The notes beneath the pieces were generated by a model. The model did no database searches and was not told the DNA's origin. It was given only the letters and a program-made list of their open reading frames with translations. A stretch of 64,000 nt of DNA from NCBI GenBank assembly GCA_015062285.1, contig SUUY01000002.1, positions 52,114-116,113 on the forward strand, read 5' to 3'. Both the position numbers and the translations under genes were made by a program. Below, one piece after another: positions 39,384 to 49,249 of this stretch (position 1 is the first letter of the stretch; every line of letters begins with the position of its first letter). Origin of the DNA: Alphaproteobacteria bacterium. GTDB taxonomy: Bacteria > Pseudomonadota > Alphaproteobacteria > RF32 > CAG-239.

Positions 39384-39836
39384 ATGCCGGATAATCTGCC
39401 AGAGCTTAGAGATATTCACTTGCCTGATGGTGTGTCTGCTTTTCCGCCTGCTTATGGTTGGTGGGTTATCTTAGCAACAATTATTGCTTTGGTAGCTTTG
39501 ATTTATATGATTAGCATTATTCGACGCAAGTCAAAAAAGCTATATGCTTTGCACCTATTACAAAATATTTATTGCAATAATACTATTGCTTCAGCCGTTG
39601 AAATGTCCGGCTTGTTACGGAGAATATGCATATTTAAATATAAAGAAGCAATAACCTTAAGCGGTATCAATTGGATAAATTTTCTTAACTCAAAAACAAA
39701 AAAACCTCTTGCTGATAAAACTGCCGAACTTTTGCTTAATGCACCATATATCCCTCAAAACAGCAAAGGATTTGCCCAGTCTGATGTAATTGCTCTTCGA
39801 CAATTTTGCAAAAATTGGATAGGAGAAAATTTATGA
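39384..39836 (+). CDS. DUF4381-like protein (Bat/MoxR operon member)
   Basis: LRDIHLP..VS.FPPAYGWW, LLRR, LSG.NW..FL. Confidence 0.88.
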   Translation: MPDNLPELRDIHLPDGVSAFPPAYGWWVILATIIALVALIYMISIIRRKSKKLYALHLLQNIYCNNTIASAVEMSGLLRRICIFKYKEAITLSGINWINFLNSKTKKPLADKTAELLLNAPYIPQNSKGFAQSDVIALRQFCKNWIGENL

Positions 39837-40828
39837 ATCATTTTGCTTATCCTTGGGTTTTTGTGTTGTTATTGATGCCATTTATATGGCGCAGATTTAT
39901 TCCGGCAATTAAAGGACTACATGGTGATGCACTGAGGATACCATTTATTGCAGATTTGGAAAAAATATCTATCAAATCAGGCGGAATATGGAAAATTAAT
40001 GATCTTGCAGATGGTGCCGGTTTTTCACGAATGTTTTGGTTGTTGTATGTGGTTTGGACTTTTTTGGTTGTTGCTGCTGCTCGCCCGCAGTGGCTGGGTG
40101 AGCCGGTACGTCTCAAAAATGAGAGCAGAGATATTATGCTGGTGCTTGATATATCTACATCCATGCTAAATCAAGACTTTTTTATAAATCAACAACGTAT
40201 AGATCGCCTGACTGCCGTAAAAAAAACCGCATCTGATTTTATCAAAAAAAGAGCCAATGACCGAATCGGGCTAGTATTGTTTGGCACTCGAGCATATTTA
40301 CAATCCCCTCTAACTCATGACAAACAAGCCGTATATAATATTTTATGGTCTATGGAAGCCGGTATGGCAGGAGATTCTACAAGTATCGGCGATGCAATGG
40401 GAATTGCCCTAAAAAATTTGAAAAATCAAAACAAATCTCAAAAAGTAATTGTTATTCTTACCGACGGTGAAAACAATGACGGAAGCTTGTCTATGCCTCA
40501 AGCAATAAAGCTTGCCGCTGATGAAGGGATTAAAACATATACAATAGGCGTAGGATCGCAAAGGTCTTTTTGGGGAGCTTTTAGCACTCAGATTGCCGGT
40601 GTTGATGAAAAATCTCTGAATGACTTAGCACAAGCAACAAAAGGGCAGTACTTTAGAGCCGAAAGCTCTTATGATTTGCAGAAGATATACGATTTGATTG
40701 ATCAGCTTGAAGCTGATATTAATGAAAACAGATTTGTGAGGGAAACAAAGGAATTGTTTTACATTCCTTTAATTGCAGCTATTTTTATGTGTTTAGCTCT
40801 AATAATTACATTGCGAAGGGCTGAATGA
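39833..40828 (+). CDS. VWA domain protein (BatA-like)
   Basis: FAYPW, ARPQW.GEP, MIDAS D.S.SM, DRIGLVLFG, T.IGDA.G.A, LTDGENN; ATG overlaps the upstream stop. Confidence 0.92.
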   Translation: MNHFAYPWVFVLLLMPFIWRRFIPAIKGLHGDALRIPFIADLEKISIKSGGIWKINDLADGAGFSRMFWLLYVVWTFLVVAAARPQWLGEPVRLKNESRDIMLVLDISTSMLNQDFFINQQRIDRLTAVKKTASDFIKKRANDRIGLVLFGTRAYLQSPLTHDKQAVYNILWSMEAGMAGDSTSIGDAMGIALKNLKNQNKSQKVIVILTDGENNDGSLSMPQAIKLAADEGIKTYTIGVGSQRSFWGAFSTQIAGVDEKSLNDLAQATKGQYFRAESSYDLQKIYDLIDQLEADINENRFVRETKELFYIPLIAAIFMCLALIITLRRAE

Positions 40829-42543
40829 TGACAGAATGGTATACGACATTTCATTTTTTGCGTCCGTGGTGGCTATTATTAGCTCTTGTTCCTTTATGGT
40901 GGCTATTTAAAAGTTTTAAAAGTGGAACAAATAAATCTTCTTGGGAAAAAATAGTTGATGCCAGATTATTGAAATATTTATTGGTTAAAGGATCTTCTAA
41001 ACAACGACAGATAACATCTTGGCTTGCAGGCATAGGAATGTTGTTTGCAATTGTTGCCGTTGCGGGACCAAGTTGGGTAAAAGAAGAAATACCGGCTTTG
41101 GAGGCTGAAAACCCATTAATGATTGCATTAAACTTATCTTCGGATATGCAAGAAAAAGACGTTACTCCCAGTCGTTTGAACAGAGCAAAGTTTAAGATTA
41201 AGGATATTGTATCATCATTAAAAAATTCACAAATTGGTTTTATGGTTTACAGTGGAGAACCTTTTATAATATCTCCTTTTAGCGATGACGGACAAATAAT
41301 CAGCAATCTGTTGTCTGCTATATCGTATAATATTATGCCGATAAATGGGGACAGAATCGACAGAGCCATTGATTTGGCTGTGAGCTCTTTTGCTGCCTCT
41401 GGATATATTAAGGGAGAAATTTTACTTATCACTTCTGATGCCGGACAAGGATTAGAACAAGCAATTACGAGTGCAAAAAAAGCTTTGGCGAATGGATATA
41501 AGACTAATGTTTTTGTAATTAACTCACAAAATGTAGAAAAGCTAAAAATGATTTCAGATGCCGGTGGAGGAAAATATATTCAGCTAAGCGGTGACGACAA
41601 CGATGTTAGTGAAATTATCGGTTTGGTAGATAAACCAAGTTCTGATTTTAAGCAGAGCAAAAATTGGCAGTCGGTTTGGCTTGATTACGGATATTATTTG
41701 TTGTTTGTTCCTCTTCTTTGTTGTTTGTATTTCTTCCGCAAAGGAATTTTGGTTATCGGATTTTTGTTTTGGACAACATCTGCCAATGCAAGCTTCTTTT
41801 TGAATGACAATCAGGAAGGTTTAATGGCTTTTAATAATTCTGATTTTGCTACGGCATCACAAAAATTTAAGGATAGCGAATGGAAAGGTGCCAGCGATTA
41901 TCGGCAAGGAAATTTTGAAACCGCATACAAAGAATTTGCAAAAAAATCTGATGTAAGGTCACTATACAACCAAGGAAATGCTTTGGCAAAGGGTGGAAAA
42001 ATTGATGAGGCAATAGCAAAATACGAGGAAGTGCTGAAGGTTGATGACAAACACGAAGACGCGAAGTTTAATTTGGAATATTTAAAACAACAGAAAAAAC
42101 AACAAGAACAACAGCAAAATCAGCAACAACAAGAACAAAAAGAGCAACAACAAAATCAGGATCAACAATCCGGTGCTTCCGGCAGCCCGCAAGATAATAC
42201 AGACCAACAAAACCAGGAAAAACCGCAAGATGACAGTAAGTCGGGCAAGCAAAATCAAGAGCAAGAACAAAATTCTGACAGTAACAATGACACTAAGGAA
42301 GATGAAAATAAAAACAGCCAAAATCGCCCGCAACCGGTAGGTGAAGATAAATCAGACAACAAAAATGAGCAAGAAAAACCGCAGACCGGAGGGACAATCC
42401 AGCAAGGAAATGAAAAAGACAAAGAATATGATGAAGAAATACAAGCAAGAGCACAACAATATCGAGAAATTCCGGAAGACCCCGGCGGACTATTGCGTGC
42501 ATTTATACGCAGAGAATATGAACGCAATAGATATAATAATTAA
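40825..42543 (+). CDS. VWA + TPR protein with Gln-rich linker (BatB/BatC-like fusion)
   Basis: FHFLRPWWLL, AGPSW, DVTPSRL.RAKFKI, YNQGNALAK TPR, Q/E/N-rich low-complexity region, EDPGGLLR. Confidence 0.9.
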   Translation: MMTEWYTTFHFLRPWWLLLALVPLWWLFKSFKSGTNKSSWEKIVDARLLKYLLVKGSSKQRQITSWLAGIGMLFAIVAVAGPSWVKEEIPALEAENPLMIALNLSSDMQEKDVTPSRLNRAKFKIKDIVSSLKNSQIGFMVYSGEPFIISPFSDDGQIISNLLSAISYNIMPINGDRIDRAIDLAVSSFAASGYIKGEILLITSDAGQGLEQAITSAKKALANGYKTNVFVINSQNVEKLKMISDAGGGKYIQLSGDDNDVSEIIGLVDKPSSDFKQSKNWQSVWLDYGYYLLFVPLLCCLYFFRKGILVIGFLFWTTSANASFFLNDNQEGLMAFNNSDFATASQKFKDSEWKGASDYRQGNFETAYKEFAKKSDVRSLYNQGNALAKGGKIDEAIAKYEEVLKVDDKHEDAKFNLEYLKQQKKQQEQQQNQQQQEQKEQQQNQDQQSGASGSPQDNTDQQNQEKPQDDSKSGKQNQEQEQNSDSNNDTKEDENKNSQNRPQPVGEDKSDNKNEQEKPQTGGTIQQGNEKDKEYDEEIQARAQQYREIPEDPGGLLRAFIRREYERNRYNN

Positions 42544-42554
42544 GAGGTGAAAAT

Positions 42555-44276
42555 ATGAGAAAAATATTTTTTGTATTTGTTTTTTTTGTGTTTGCATATA
42601 GTGCCACAGCTCAAACCTTTGAAGCTCGTGTAAATCGGAGTTCTGTTCCTGAAGGAGAAACTTTTTTGCTAACCTTAGAACTCAATGGTGCCAAAACAAA
42701 TCAAACTCCGAATTTTTCACCTCTTGATATTGATTTTACAACATACTCTATTGCCCAATCTCATAGAACAAATATTGTTAATGGTAATGTCAGCCAATCA
42801 CAGCAATGGAATTTAGTTTTGATGCCAAATAAAATCGGAAAAATCGTAATTCCGGCAATTGAATTGGATAAATATAAGACCACACCTATTGAAATTTATG
42901 TTGGTGAACAAAATGCAAAAGACATATCAGATCAATCTCAAATAAAACCTGTTCGCTTTAAGATAAACGGTTCTATAGATAATACAAAACCCTATGTACA
43001 ACAGCAAATAAACTATACCCTGACACTATATGATGCCGGCGGACTGCAAGGAGATGCTCCGTTTTTTGTTAATAATGATGAAAATAACTGGATCATAAAA
43101 AGCTTAGGTGAGCCACAAATTCAAACCAAGTTAGATAATGGAAAAACATATCGCGAGATCACGTTTAAATATGCCTTATTTGCTCAGAAAAGCGGAGAAA
43201 TTGAAATTCCTCCTGTAAGATTTAATGGTTTTTATCTGACAAAAGACCAACGAACAGATCCTTTTGCTAACCTGTTTGCCGATAGTGCTTTTTCCGGAGG
43301 TTTTGGGTTTAGTGATGTTTTTGCAACAAGAAATCCGGTGATATTAAATACTAAACCGATAAAAGTTAATGTGCAACCGGCTCCTGCAGAAAATGGAAGG
43401 GATTGGTGGTTGCCGGCAGAAAATGTAAAGCTTTATGCAGAATTTGTTTCACAACCGCCAAGATTTAAGGTAGGAGATGCAGTCAGCAGAAATATATATT
43501 TGCAGGCTACCGGTGTTATCGATTCACAACTACCGGACATTACATTCTCTGCAACCCCAAATTTGAAACAATATCCGGAAAAGCCGCAATTTGAAGCAAA
43601 GCTGCAAAACGGTAAAATTATTGCAACTAAAAAAATCACCAATGTTTATATCCCGACCAAAGCAGGAGAACTGATATTACCGGAAATTTCGGTTGACTGG
43701 TTTAATACAAAAACAAAAACCATGGAAACAGCTACTCTGCCGGAAATGAAGGTGTTGGTTGCCGAAAATCCTAATATGCAAAAAAACAATAATCAACCTT
43801 CTGCAATAGCAAAACAGGAGAATAATTTTATTGAATCACAAAATAACCAACCCCCTAAACCCGTAATTCCTGAAACGTCGGTTTGGAAAATGAATATATT
43901 GGCTTTCGGCTTGGGAATAATTATTTGTTTGATAATTATCAAACTTGTTTCATTGGCTCGCTCAATTAAATCAGGATATTCCAAACAAGTAATCAGTGCT
44001 GCAAAAAACAGAGACTTTAGAACTTTACGTGATGCAATATTGGCTTGGGCTCAAAATAAATGGCCAGATAAAAAGATTATAAGTCTACAAGACGTTGATG
44101 AAATAGTTGAAAATAAAGAATTCCGGTGCGAGCTTGACAAGCTGTCTGAAGTTTTATATTCACAAAATGAAAAAGAATGGAATGAATTTTTGTTTATTAA
44201 AACATTTAAAAAAATTAATAAAAAGCACAGAAAAATAGGAAAATATAATGAACCACTCCCAAAATTATATAAGTAG
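42555..44276 (+). CDS. BatD family protein
   Basis: Signal peptide, A.V.R..V..GETF.LTL, YVQQQI.YT, WLPA, VGD.V.R, IP...GE..LPEI.V.WFNT; C-terminal LP.LY. Confidence 0.88.
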   Translation: MRKIFFVFVFFVFAYSATAQTFEARVNRSSVPEGETFLLTLELNGAKTNQTPNFSPLDIDFTTYSIAQSHRTNIVNGNVSQSQQWNLVLMPNKIGKIVIPAIELDKYKTTPIEIYVGEQNAKDISDQSQIKPVRFKINGSIDNTKPYVQQQINYTLTLYDAGGLQGDAPFFVNNDENNWIIKSLGEPQIQTKLDNGKTYREITFKYALFAQKSGEIEIPPVRFNGFYLTKDQRTDPFANLFADSAFSGGFGFSDVFATRNPVILNTKPIKVNVQPAPAENGRDWWLPAENVKLYAEFVSQPPRFKVGDAVSRNIYLQATGVIDSQLPDITFSATPNLKQYPEKPQFEAKLQNGKIIATKKITNVYIPTKAGELILPEISVDWFNTKTKTMETATLPEMKVLVAENPNMQKNNNQPSAIAKQENNFIESQNNQPPKPVIPETSVWKMNILAFGLGIIICLIIIKLVSLARSIKSGYSKQVISAAKNRDFRTLRDAILAWAQNKWPDKKIISLQDVDEIVENKEFRCELDKLSEVLYSQNEKEWNEFLFIKTFKKINKKHRKIGKYNEPLPKLYK

Positions 44277-44334
44277 GAAAATTTATCTTCATAAAGATTG
44301 TTATGATTGTTATAATGTTCCGGTTTATAGTCTT

Positions 44335-45108
44335 ATGGCCGAAGAAGTATCAAGTGTTTCTGATGAAGAATTTTTGCCGGAAATTTATATAGATGAATTA
44401 GATGCGACGGACAAACCGAAAATAGCAGTAATCTTAGCGCAAGATAAGCATGTGTTGCGACAAGAGAAGGATTTTACAATGCATCCGGCTTATGTTGAAG
44501 CAATTGTAAATGCCGGCGGATATCCTGTTTTTTTCAGTTATGATAAAGTAGACGAAGTTTTAGATATGTACCAACCTCATGCAATTATGCTAATCGGTGG
44601 CTTTTTTGATTTGCCACCAAATTGGTATGTACATAAAAAAGAACACGATATCAATAAACGCTGTAAGGCATATATAGATGCTCTTAATTATGCTAAAAAT
44701 AAAAAAACACCTCTGCTGGGAATTTGTGCCGGAATGCAAATGCTTGGTGGATTTTGTGGTGCAAAACTTAATAACGGTTATAAAAACCATTTGATCGGGG
44801 GTGATGTTGAAGCTCATAGTATCAACATTGTTCCCAACACAAAATTGGCACAAATTGCAAAAAGCGATAAGTTGAGTGTAAATTCTCATCATAGTGAAGC
44901 TATATGCAAGGAACAACTCGGAGAATGTGTTGTTTCTGCACTGGCTGCTGACGGATTGGTAGAAGCAATTGAACTAAAAGATCCTTGGAATGAATTTGTT
45001 GTAGGTGTACAATGGCATCCGGAGAGAAACTTTCCTAATAGTTCGGAATTTAGAAACAGCCTGTTTAAAAGTTTTGTTGATGCGGCCAAAAACTATCGAG
45101 AATTATAA
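44335..45108 (+). CDS. Class I glutamine amidotransferase, peptidase C26 / PuuD-like hydrolase
   Basis: YVEAI..AGG.P, GICAGMQML, VNSHH, DGLVEAIE, GVQWHPE; start moved to ATG 44335 downstream of TTCATA-17-TATAAT (44288-44316). Confidence 0.88.
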   Translation: MAEEVSSVSDEEFLPEIYIDELDATDKPKIAVILAQDKHVLRQEKDFTMHPAYVEAIVNAGGYPVFFSYDKVDEVLDMYQPHAIMLIGGFFDLPPNWYVHKKEHDINKRCKAYIDALNYAKNKKTPLLGICAGMQMLGGFCGAKLNNGYKNHLIGGDVEAHSINIVPNTKLAQIAKSDKLSVNSHHSEAICKEQLGECVVSALAADGLVEAIELKDPWNEFVVGVQWHPERNFPNSSEFRNSLFKSFVDAAKNYREL

Positions 45109-45278
45109 CTCCTGCTTATCTTATAGTGAGGTTATTGGAGTATGGAGGCCACTAAACAACTCACAACCATTTTTAGGCGAAAAAGGAAAAACAAGTCAAG
45201 AAACTAAATTAAAAATTGAAGTTCGTATTTTATATGAAAAATTAAATGAAACAATTTATTAAATGAAGAATAAATAAT

Positions 45279-45779
45279 ATGCAGTCATATTTAATAATAG
45301 GAAATATATTCTCTTTATTATCGGCATTTTGTATTGCAATATCCGTAATTAAGAAAAATAAGAATGATTTGATATGGTGGCAAATTTTAGATATAATATT
45401 TTGTATTTTATCTAATATTTCTTTGTTTGCTTATGCTGCTTTGACAACAAACTCTATTGCACTAATTCGAAATGTTTGGGCCTATAAAAATAAACTAACC
45501 AAAAATAAGACTTTAATTTTATTTGTTTTATGTATTGTTGCAGGACTATGGGCAAATAATCGCGGAATTATCGGTTTATTCCCCATTATTGCTTCAACAA
45601 CTTATACAATATTTATGTATACAACAAAAAATGAACAACAAATGCGTTGGGCATTGGTTTCTAACTTAATGTTATGGTTTGTTCATGATGTTTATGTTCA
45701 AGCATATCCTTCTGCTTTGACAGATATGGCTTTAGGCATTTGGACTTTAGTTCAAATATACAAAAACAAGGCATCATAA
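45279..45779 (+). CDS. YgjV-like inner membrane protein
   Basis: Multi-TM 166 aa; RN, LFPIIAS, MRW, LWFVHD pattern. Confidence 0.7.
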   Translation: MQSYLIIGNIFSLLSAFCIAISVIKKNKNDLIWWQILDIIFCILSNISLFAYAALTTNSIALIRNVWAYKNKLTKNKTLILFVLCIVAGLWANNRGIIGLFPIIASTTYTIFMYTTKNEQQMRWALVSNLMLWFVHDVYVQAYPSALTDMALGIWTLVQIYKNKAS

Positions 45780-45792
45780 ACGATGCCTTGTT
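45765..45792. terminator. Bidirectional terminator
   Basis: aacaaggcatc-ataaac-gatgccttgtt between convergent genes. Confidence 0.7.
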
Positions 45793-45816
45793 ACGTATAA
45801 CCAATACCCTTAAATT

Positions 45817-46260
45817 TTATTTTGTTTCAGACTTTTTGTTAGCATGATACATTGCTACAAAATCTATCGGATTTAGCATCAATGGTGGCAATCCGGCATC
45901 CATCAAAACACCGCTAATTGCCTGACGAGCATATGGGAACAACATATGAGGGACCTCTATTTTGAGAACGGCATCTACATGTTCCTCAGGAATATTAAGG
46001 CTAACAACGCCACAATAATCCAGCTCAACAATAAAGAATTTTTCCTCTTTAACATCGCCATCAATACGGAAGGATAAGGATACATTATATATATTCTCAT
46101 CAACAACTTCAGAACGGATTTGAGCATCTATTTTAATTTGAGGCTGAATATCAATCTTGGTAAAAATTTGAGGAGCATGAGGTATCTCTAAGGACAAATC
46201 TTTTATATATTGATTCAATATTGTAATTGGAGCCACTTGTTTTTCGTTTTGGTTTTCCAT
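45817..46260 (-). CDS. secB: Protein-export chaperone SecB
   Basis: QYIKDLSLE.P.AP, P.MLFPYARQ.I, GLPPLMLNPIDF..MY. Confidence 0.95.
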   Translation of the reverse strand: MENQNEKQVAPITILNQYIKDLSLEIPHAPQIFTKIDIQPQIKIDAQIRSEVVDENIYNVSLSFRIDGDVKEEKFFIVELDYCGVVSLNIPEEHVDAVLKIEVPHMLFPYARQAISGVLMDAGLPPLMLNPIDFVAMYHANKKSETK

Positions 46261-46390
46261 CTAAAATCTCCTGAAGTTAATCTTTATTGTTTCTGTTTTA
46301 CACTCAAATTTGCAAACGGTCAATAATAACAGTTGATTAACTCAATAAATACGTTATATTTAAAAATATAATAAATAAGGAAAAGATATT

Positions 46391-47059
46391 ATGGCTGCAT
46401 ATTTAGATATTTTAGTTTTGTTAGTTGTCGTTGTGTTGATTTTTTATAGGTTACGAAACATTTTGGGAACCCAACCGATTGAAGAAAAAAGAATTAAGCT
46501 TTCAAAAGAAAATGCTGAGAAGCTTTACAATATATTGAAAAATGAGGCAGACAAAATGCAAACAGCTGTGGCGAGCGAATCTCCCGAAGAGCTTTTGCCT
46601 ATGGATGATAATGAACTTAGCGAGACAGACAAAATTCTGCGCCAAATTCCCAATTTTAATAAAAATAAGTTTTTAAGGAGCGCGGAGCAGGCTTTTCGAA
46701 TTATCACTACTGCATTTAACAATTCTGATACAGAAACGTTAGAAATGTTGCTCAACAACAAACTGTTCAAAAAGTTTTCTGAAATTATTGAAAATAGAAA
46801 AGCTGAAAAAATATCCGCTGAAACAGACTTTATCGGTTTTGATAGTGTAGAAATTGTTAAGGCAACAATTAAGGCCGATAAAGTGGCGCAAATTTCAGTG
46901 GAGTTTGTATCCCAACAAGTGAATATATTGCGAGATGCTGAAGGTAATGTTATCAAAGGTGATGAAAATTATATTCAGACAATTACCGATGTTTGGACTT
47001 TTGAAAAAGCAATATCTTCTGTTTCTCCCAATTGGATTTTGGTATCGACTAAAAAATAA
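46391..47059 (+). CDS. Tim44/TimA family protein
   Basis: N-terminal TM + RLRNILG, FL..A..AF..I..AF, V.F.S.Q, DVWTFEK..S..PNW.L. Confidence 0.9.
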   Translation: MAAYLDILVLLVVVVLIFYRLRNILGTQPIEEKRIKLSKENAEKLYNILKNEADKMQTAVASESPEELLPMDDNELSETDKILRQIPNFNKNKFLRSAEQAFRIITTAFNNSDTETLEMLLNNKLFKKFSEIIENRKAEKISAETDFIGFDSVEIVKATIKADKVAQISVEFVSQQVNILRDAEGNVIKGDENYIQTITDVWTFEKAISSVSPNWILVSTKK

Positions 47060-48198
47060 TGCATAAGAACTTTATAAAAATTCTACTTCTTGCCATAACC
47101 TTGGTTTCTTGCGGAAAAAAAGAAACTAAACAAGTTTCTGACCTTGAACTTAAAAAAGTAAGTTTTGAGCAAATTGAAGGTTGGAATACAGATAATCATG
47201 AGGAGGCATTTGATGCATTTTTGCAAAGTTGCGAACGTTTAAAAAACAGAAACGGCACCTTTATTGCAAATTCGGAAATAAAAATACCAACCACGGATTT
47301 TTTAAGTGTATGCAAAAAAGCACATGACATAGAAGCTACACAATTTAAAAATTTTGTTGAAGCCAATTTTGAACCAAACTTGGTGGTGTATAAAAATAAT
47401 CACATTGGAAAATTTACATCTTATTACGAGCCTAAAATAAAAGTCTCTTACAAAAAAAATGAAACATTTAAATTTCCTATTCATGCCAAACCTTTGGATT
47501 TGATAGAATTTAATCCTCATGACTTTGATAATAACCTACCGTCAAAACGTTTGGTAGGACGGATTGAAGATCAAAAACTAATACCTTATTACACAAGAGA
47601 TGAAATCTATAAAGGTAAAGGACAAATACCTGTCTTGCTGTGGGCTGATAGTTTTGTTGATGTTTATATTATGCATATTCAGGGACCGGCCTTGGCTGAA
47701 TTACCTGACGGATCTCAAATCAGAATATCTTATGCTGATACTAACGGCTTAAAGTTTAGCGGTATCGGTAGTATCTTACTCGATAATAATGAGTTAAAAA
47801 AAGGTAAAGCCACAATGATTGATATCAAAAATTGGCTACTCAATAATACAGAAAAAGCCTTATCTTATATGAATCAAAACAAAAGATATGTATTTCATCA
47901 ATTGATTGGAGCTACCGGACCTTTAGGTGCTATGGGTATTCCTTTGACAGCAGGCAGATCATTAGCTATTGATCCGAGATTTATACCTCTTGGTGCTTTA
48001 ATGTGGCTTGATACTACAGCGCCTGATGGCAAAAAAATACAAAAGCTGATTAGTGCCCAAGATGTTGGGGGCGCAATTAAAGGTGCTATCAGAGGAGATT
48101 ATTTTTGGGGCAGCGGCGGAGATGAAATTTTGGCTCTTGCCGGAAAAATGAACTCAGAAGGAAGTTATTATATTTTTATACCAAAATCAGGAGAATAG
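47059..48198 (+). CDS. mltA: Membrane-bound lytic murein transglycosylase A
   Basis: Lipobox LVSC, FTSYYEP, HIQG, N.RYVF, RSLAIDP, AQDVGGAIKGAIRGD.FWG. Confidence 0.93.
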   Translation: MHKNFIKILLLAITLVSCGKKETKQVSDLELKKVSFEQIEGWNTDNHEEAFDAFLQSCERLKNRNGTFIANSEIKIPTTDFLSVCKKAHDIEATQFKNFVEANFEPNLVVYKNNHIGKFTSYYEPKIKVSYKKNETFKFPIHAKPLDLIEFNPHDFDNNLPSKRLVGRIEDQKLIPYYTRDEIYKGKGQIPVLLWADSFVDVYIMHIQGPALAELPDGSQIRISYADTNGLKFSGIGSILLDNNELKKGKATMIDIKNWLLNNTEKALSYMNQNKRYVFHQLIGATGPLGAMGIPLTAGRSLAIDPRFIPLGALMWLDTTAPDGKKIQKLISAQDVGGAIKGAIRGDYFWGSGGDEILALAGKMNSEGSYYIFIPKSGE

Positions 48199-48201
48199 CT
48201 T

Positions 48202-48744
48202 ATGGGAAAGAAGATATGCAATCGTGCTGATGAAATGGCATTCAAAGCTCTAAAAAAAGCCCTTGAAGAAGATAAATTGCATCTTTGTTTGGTTGAGAGC
48301 AAAGTTAACCGTCCGACATCTCCGGTATACAATCCCTGGGAAGCTTTATTGCCGATGTTAATTCCCGTGATCTTGGGTTTGATCCTAATTATTGCAGTCG
48401 GACCTATTTTCGGTTTAGTATTTATGATTGCCGCAATATTTGTTTCTTCTAACATAGTAAAGAAAAAATTAGAAAACAGACTTCTTGATCGAACAAAAAA
48501 ATTCTTTGTTTCTTCATATGCAAATTGTTGCGCATTGTGGGATTTTGGCGGACTGGTTTTGGTAAAATCAGATGATACTAAAAAAGGATGCATTGCACCT
48601 GATGCTGACTGGAAAGATTTTGTAATCCAAAATTATGCCGATTTGATGATCGAAAAGAAAATTGAAGAAAATATAAACATTGAAACAGAAAAGACCCCCG
48701 AAAATGAAACGCCTAGACAAAGACGTCGCACCCGCAGACAATGA
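48202..48744 (+). CDS. Hypothetical 2-TM membrane protein
   Basis: Central hydrophobic hairpin, SPVYNPWE motif, Arg-rich C-terminus; RBS aggag. Confidence 0.75.
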   Translation: MGKKICNRADEMAFKALKKALEEDKLHLCLVESKVNRPTSPVYNPWEALLPMLIPVILGLILIIAVGPIFGLVFMIAAIFVSSNIVKKKLENRLLDRTKKFFVSSYANCCALWDFGGLVLVKSDDTKKGCIAPDADWKDFVIQNYADLMIEKKIEENINIETEKTPENETPRQRRRTRRQ

Positions 48745-49249
48745 TCCCGACTGGTTGGAGATTATTAAAAGCGTAAAAAAAATACCGCAAAGCGAAGAAA
48801 AACCAACTGCTCCTTTGATTATTAACGAACCCGAAGATAATATTCACTATTCAGAGGTATATAATGGTGATACCTTACGTCGTTTAGAAGTTGGTTGTGT
48901 TGATAATATTGACCGACGTACTGCAGAAAAATTTAAGAAGGGAAATTTTAAGATTGAGGCTCGCCTTGATTTGCACGGGAAAACCGAAAAGCAAGCATTT
49001 GAAGCCGTTGAAGATTTTGTAAAAAAGTCATATTTGAAAAAACTACGTTGCATATTAATCATTACCGGCAAAGGATTTAACAAAGAAGATGATCTCTGGT
49101 ATGAGAAAAAAGGAATATTAAAAGAGGCCGTACCGTCTTGGCTAAACAGAACGGAACTACGCCCTTTGATTTTGAGCTTTAGTTATGCCAATCAAGAAGA
49201 TGGTGGTAGTGGAGCCCTTTATGTATTGTTAAGAAGAAAAAGGGCATAA
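48704..49249 (+). CDS. Smr/MutS2 C-terminal domain protein
   Basis: IEARLDLHG, LIITGKG, GILK..VP.WL, DGGSGALYVLLR. Confidence 0.92.
   Translation: MKRLDKDVAPADNDPDWLEIIKSVKKIPQSEEKPTAPLIINEPEDNIHYSEVYNGDTLRRLEVGCVDNIDRRTAEKFKKGNFKIEARLDLHGKTEKQAFEAVEDFVKKSYLKKLRCILIITGKGFNKEDDLWYEKKGILKEAVPSWLNRTELRPLILSFSYANQEDGGSGALYVLLRRKRA

Noticed and set aside
42085-42420. CAA/CAG-rich repeats as a contingency locus or array
   Set aside because: In-frame Gln/Glu/Asn low-complexity linker normal for BatB/C-type proteins
44248-44334. N-terminal extension of the C26 amidotransferase
   Set aside because: Overlaps the batD end and contains a TTCATA-17-TATAAT promoter, so ATG 44335 is more plausible
45005-45262. 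85-aa ORF between amidotransferase and YgjV-like gene
   Set aside because: Out-of-frame overlap with the upstream gene, no RBS or recognisable motif
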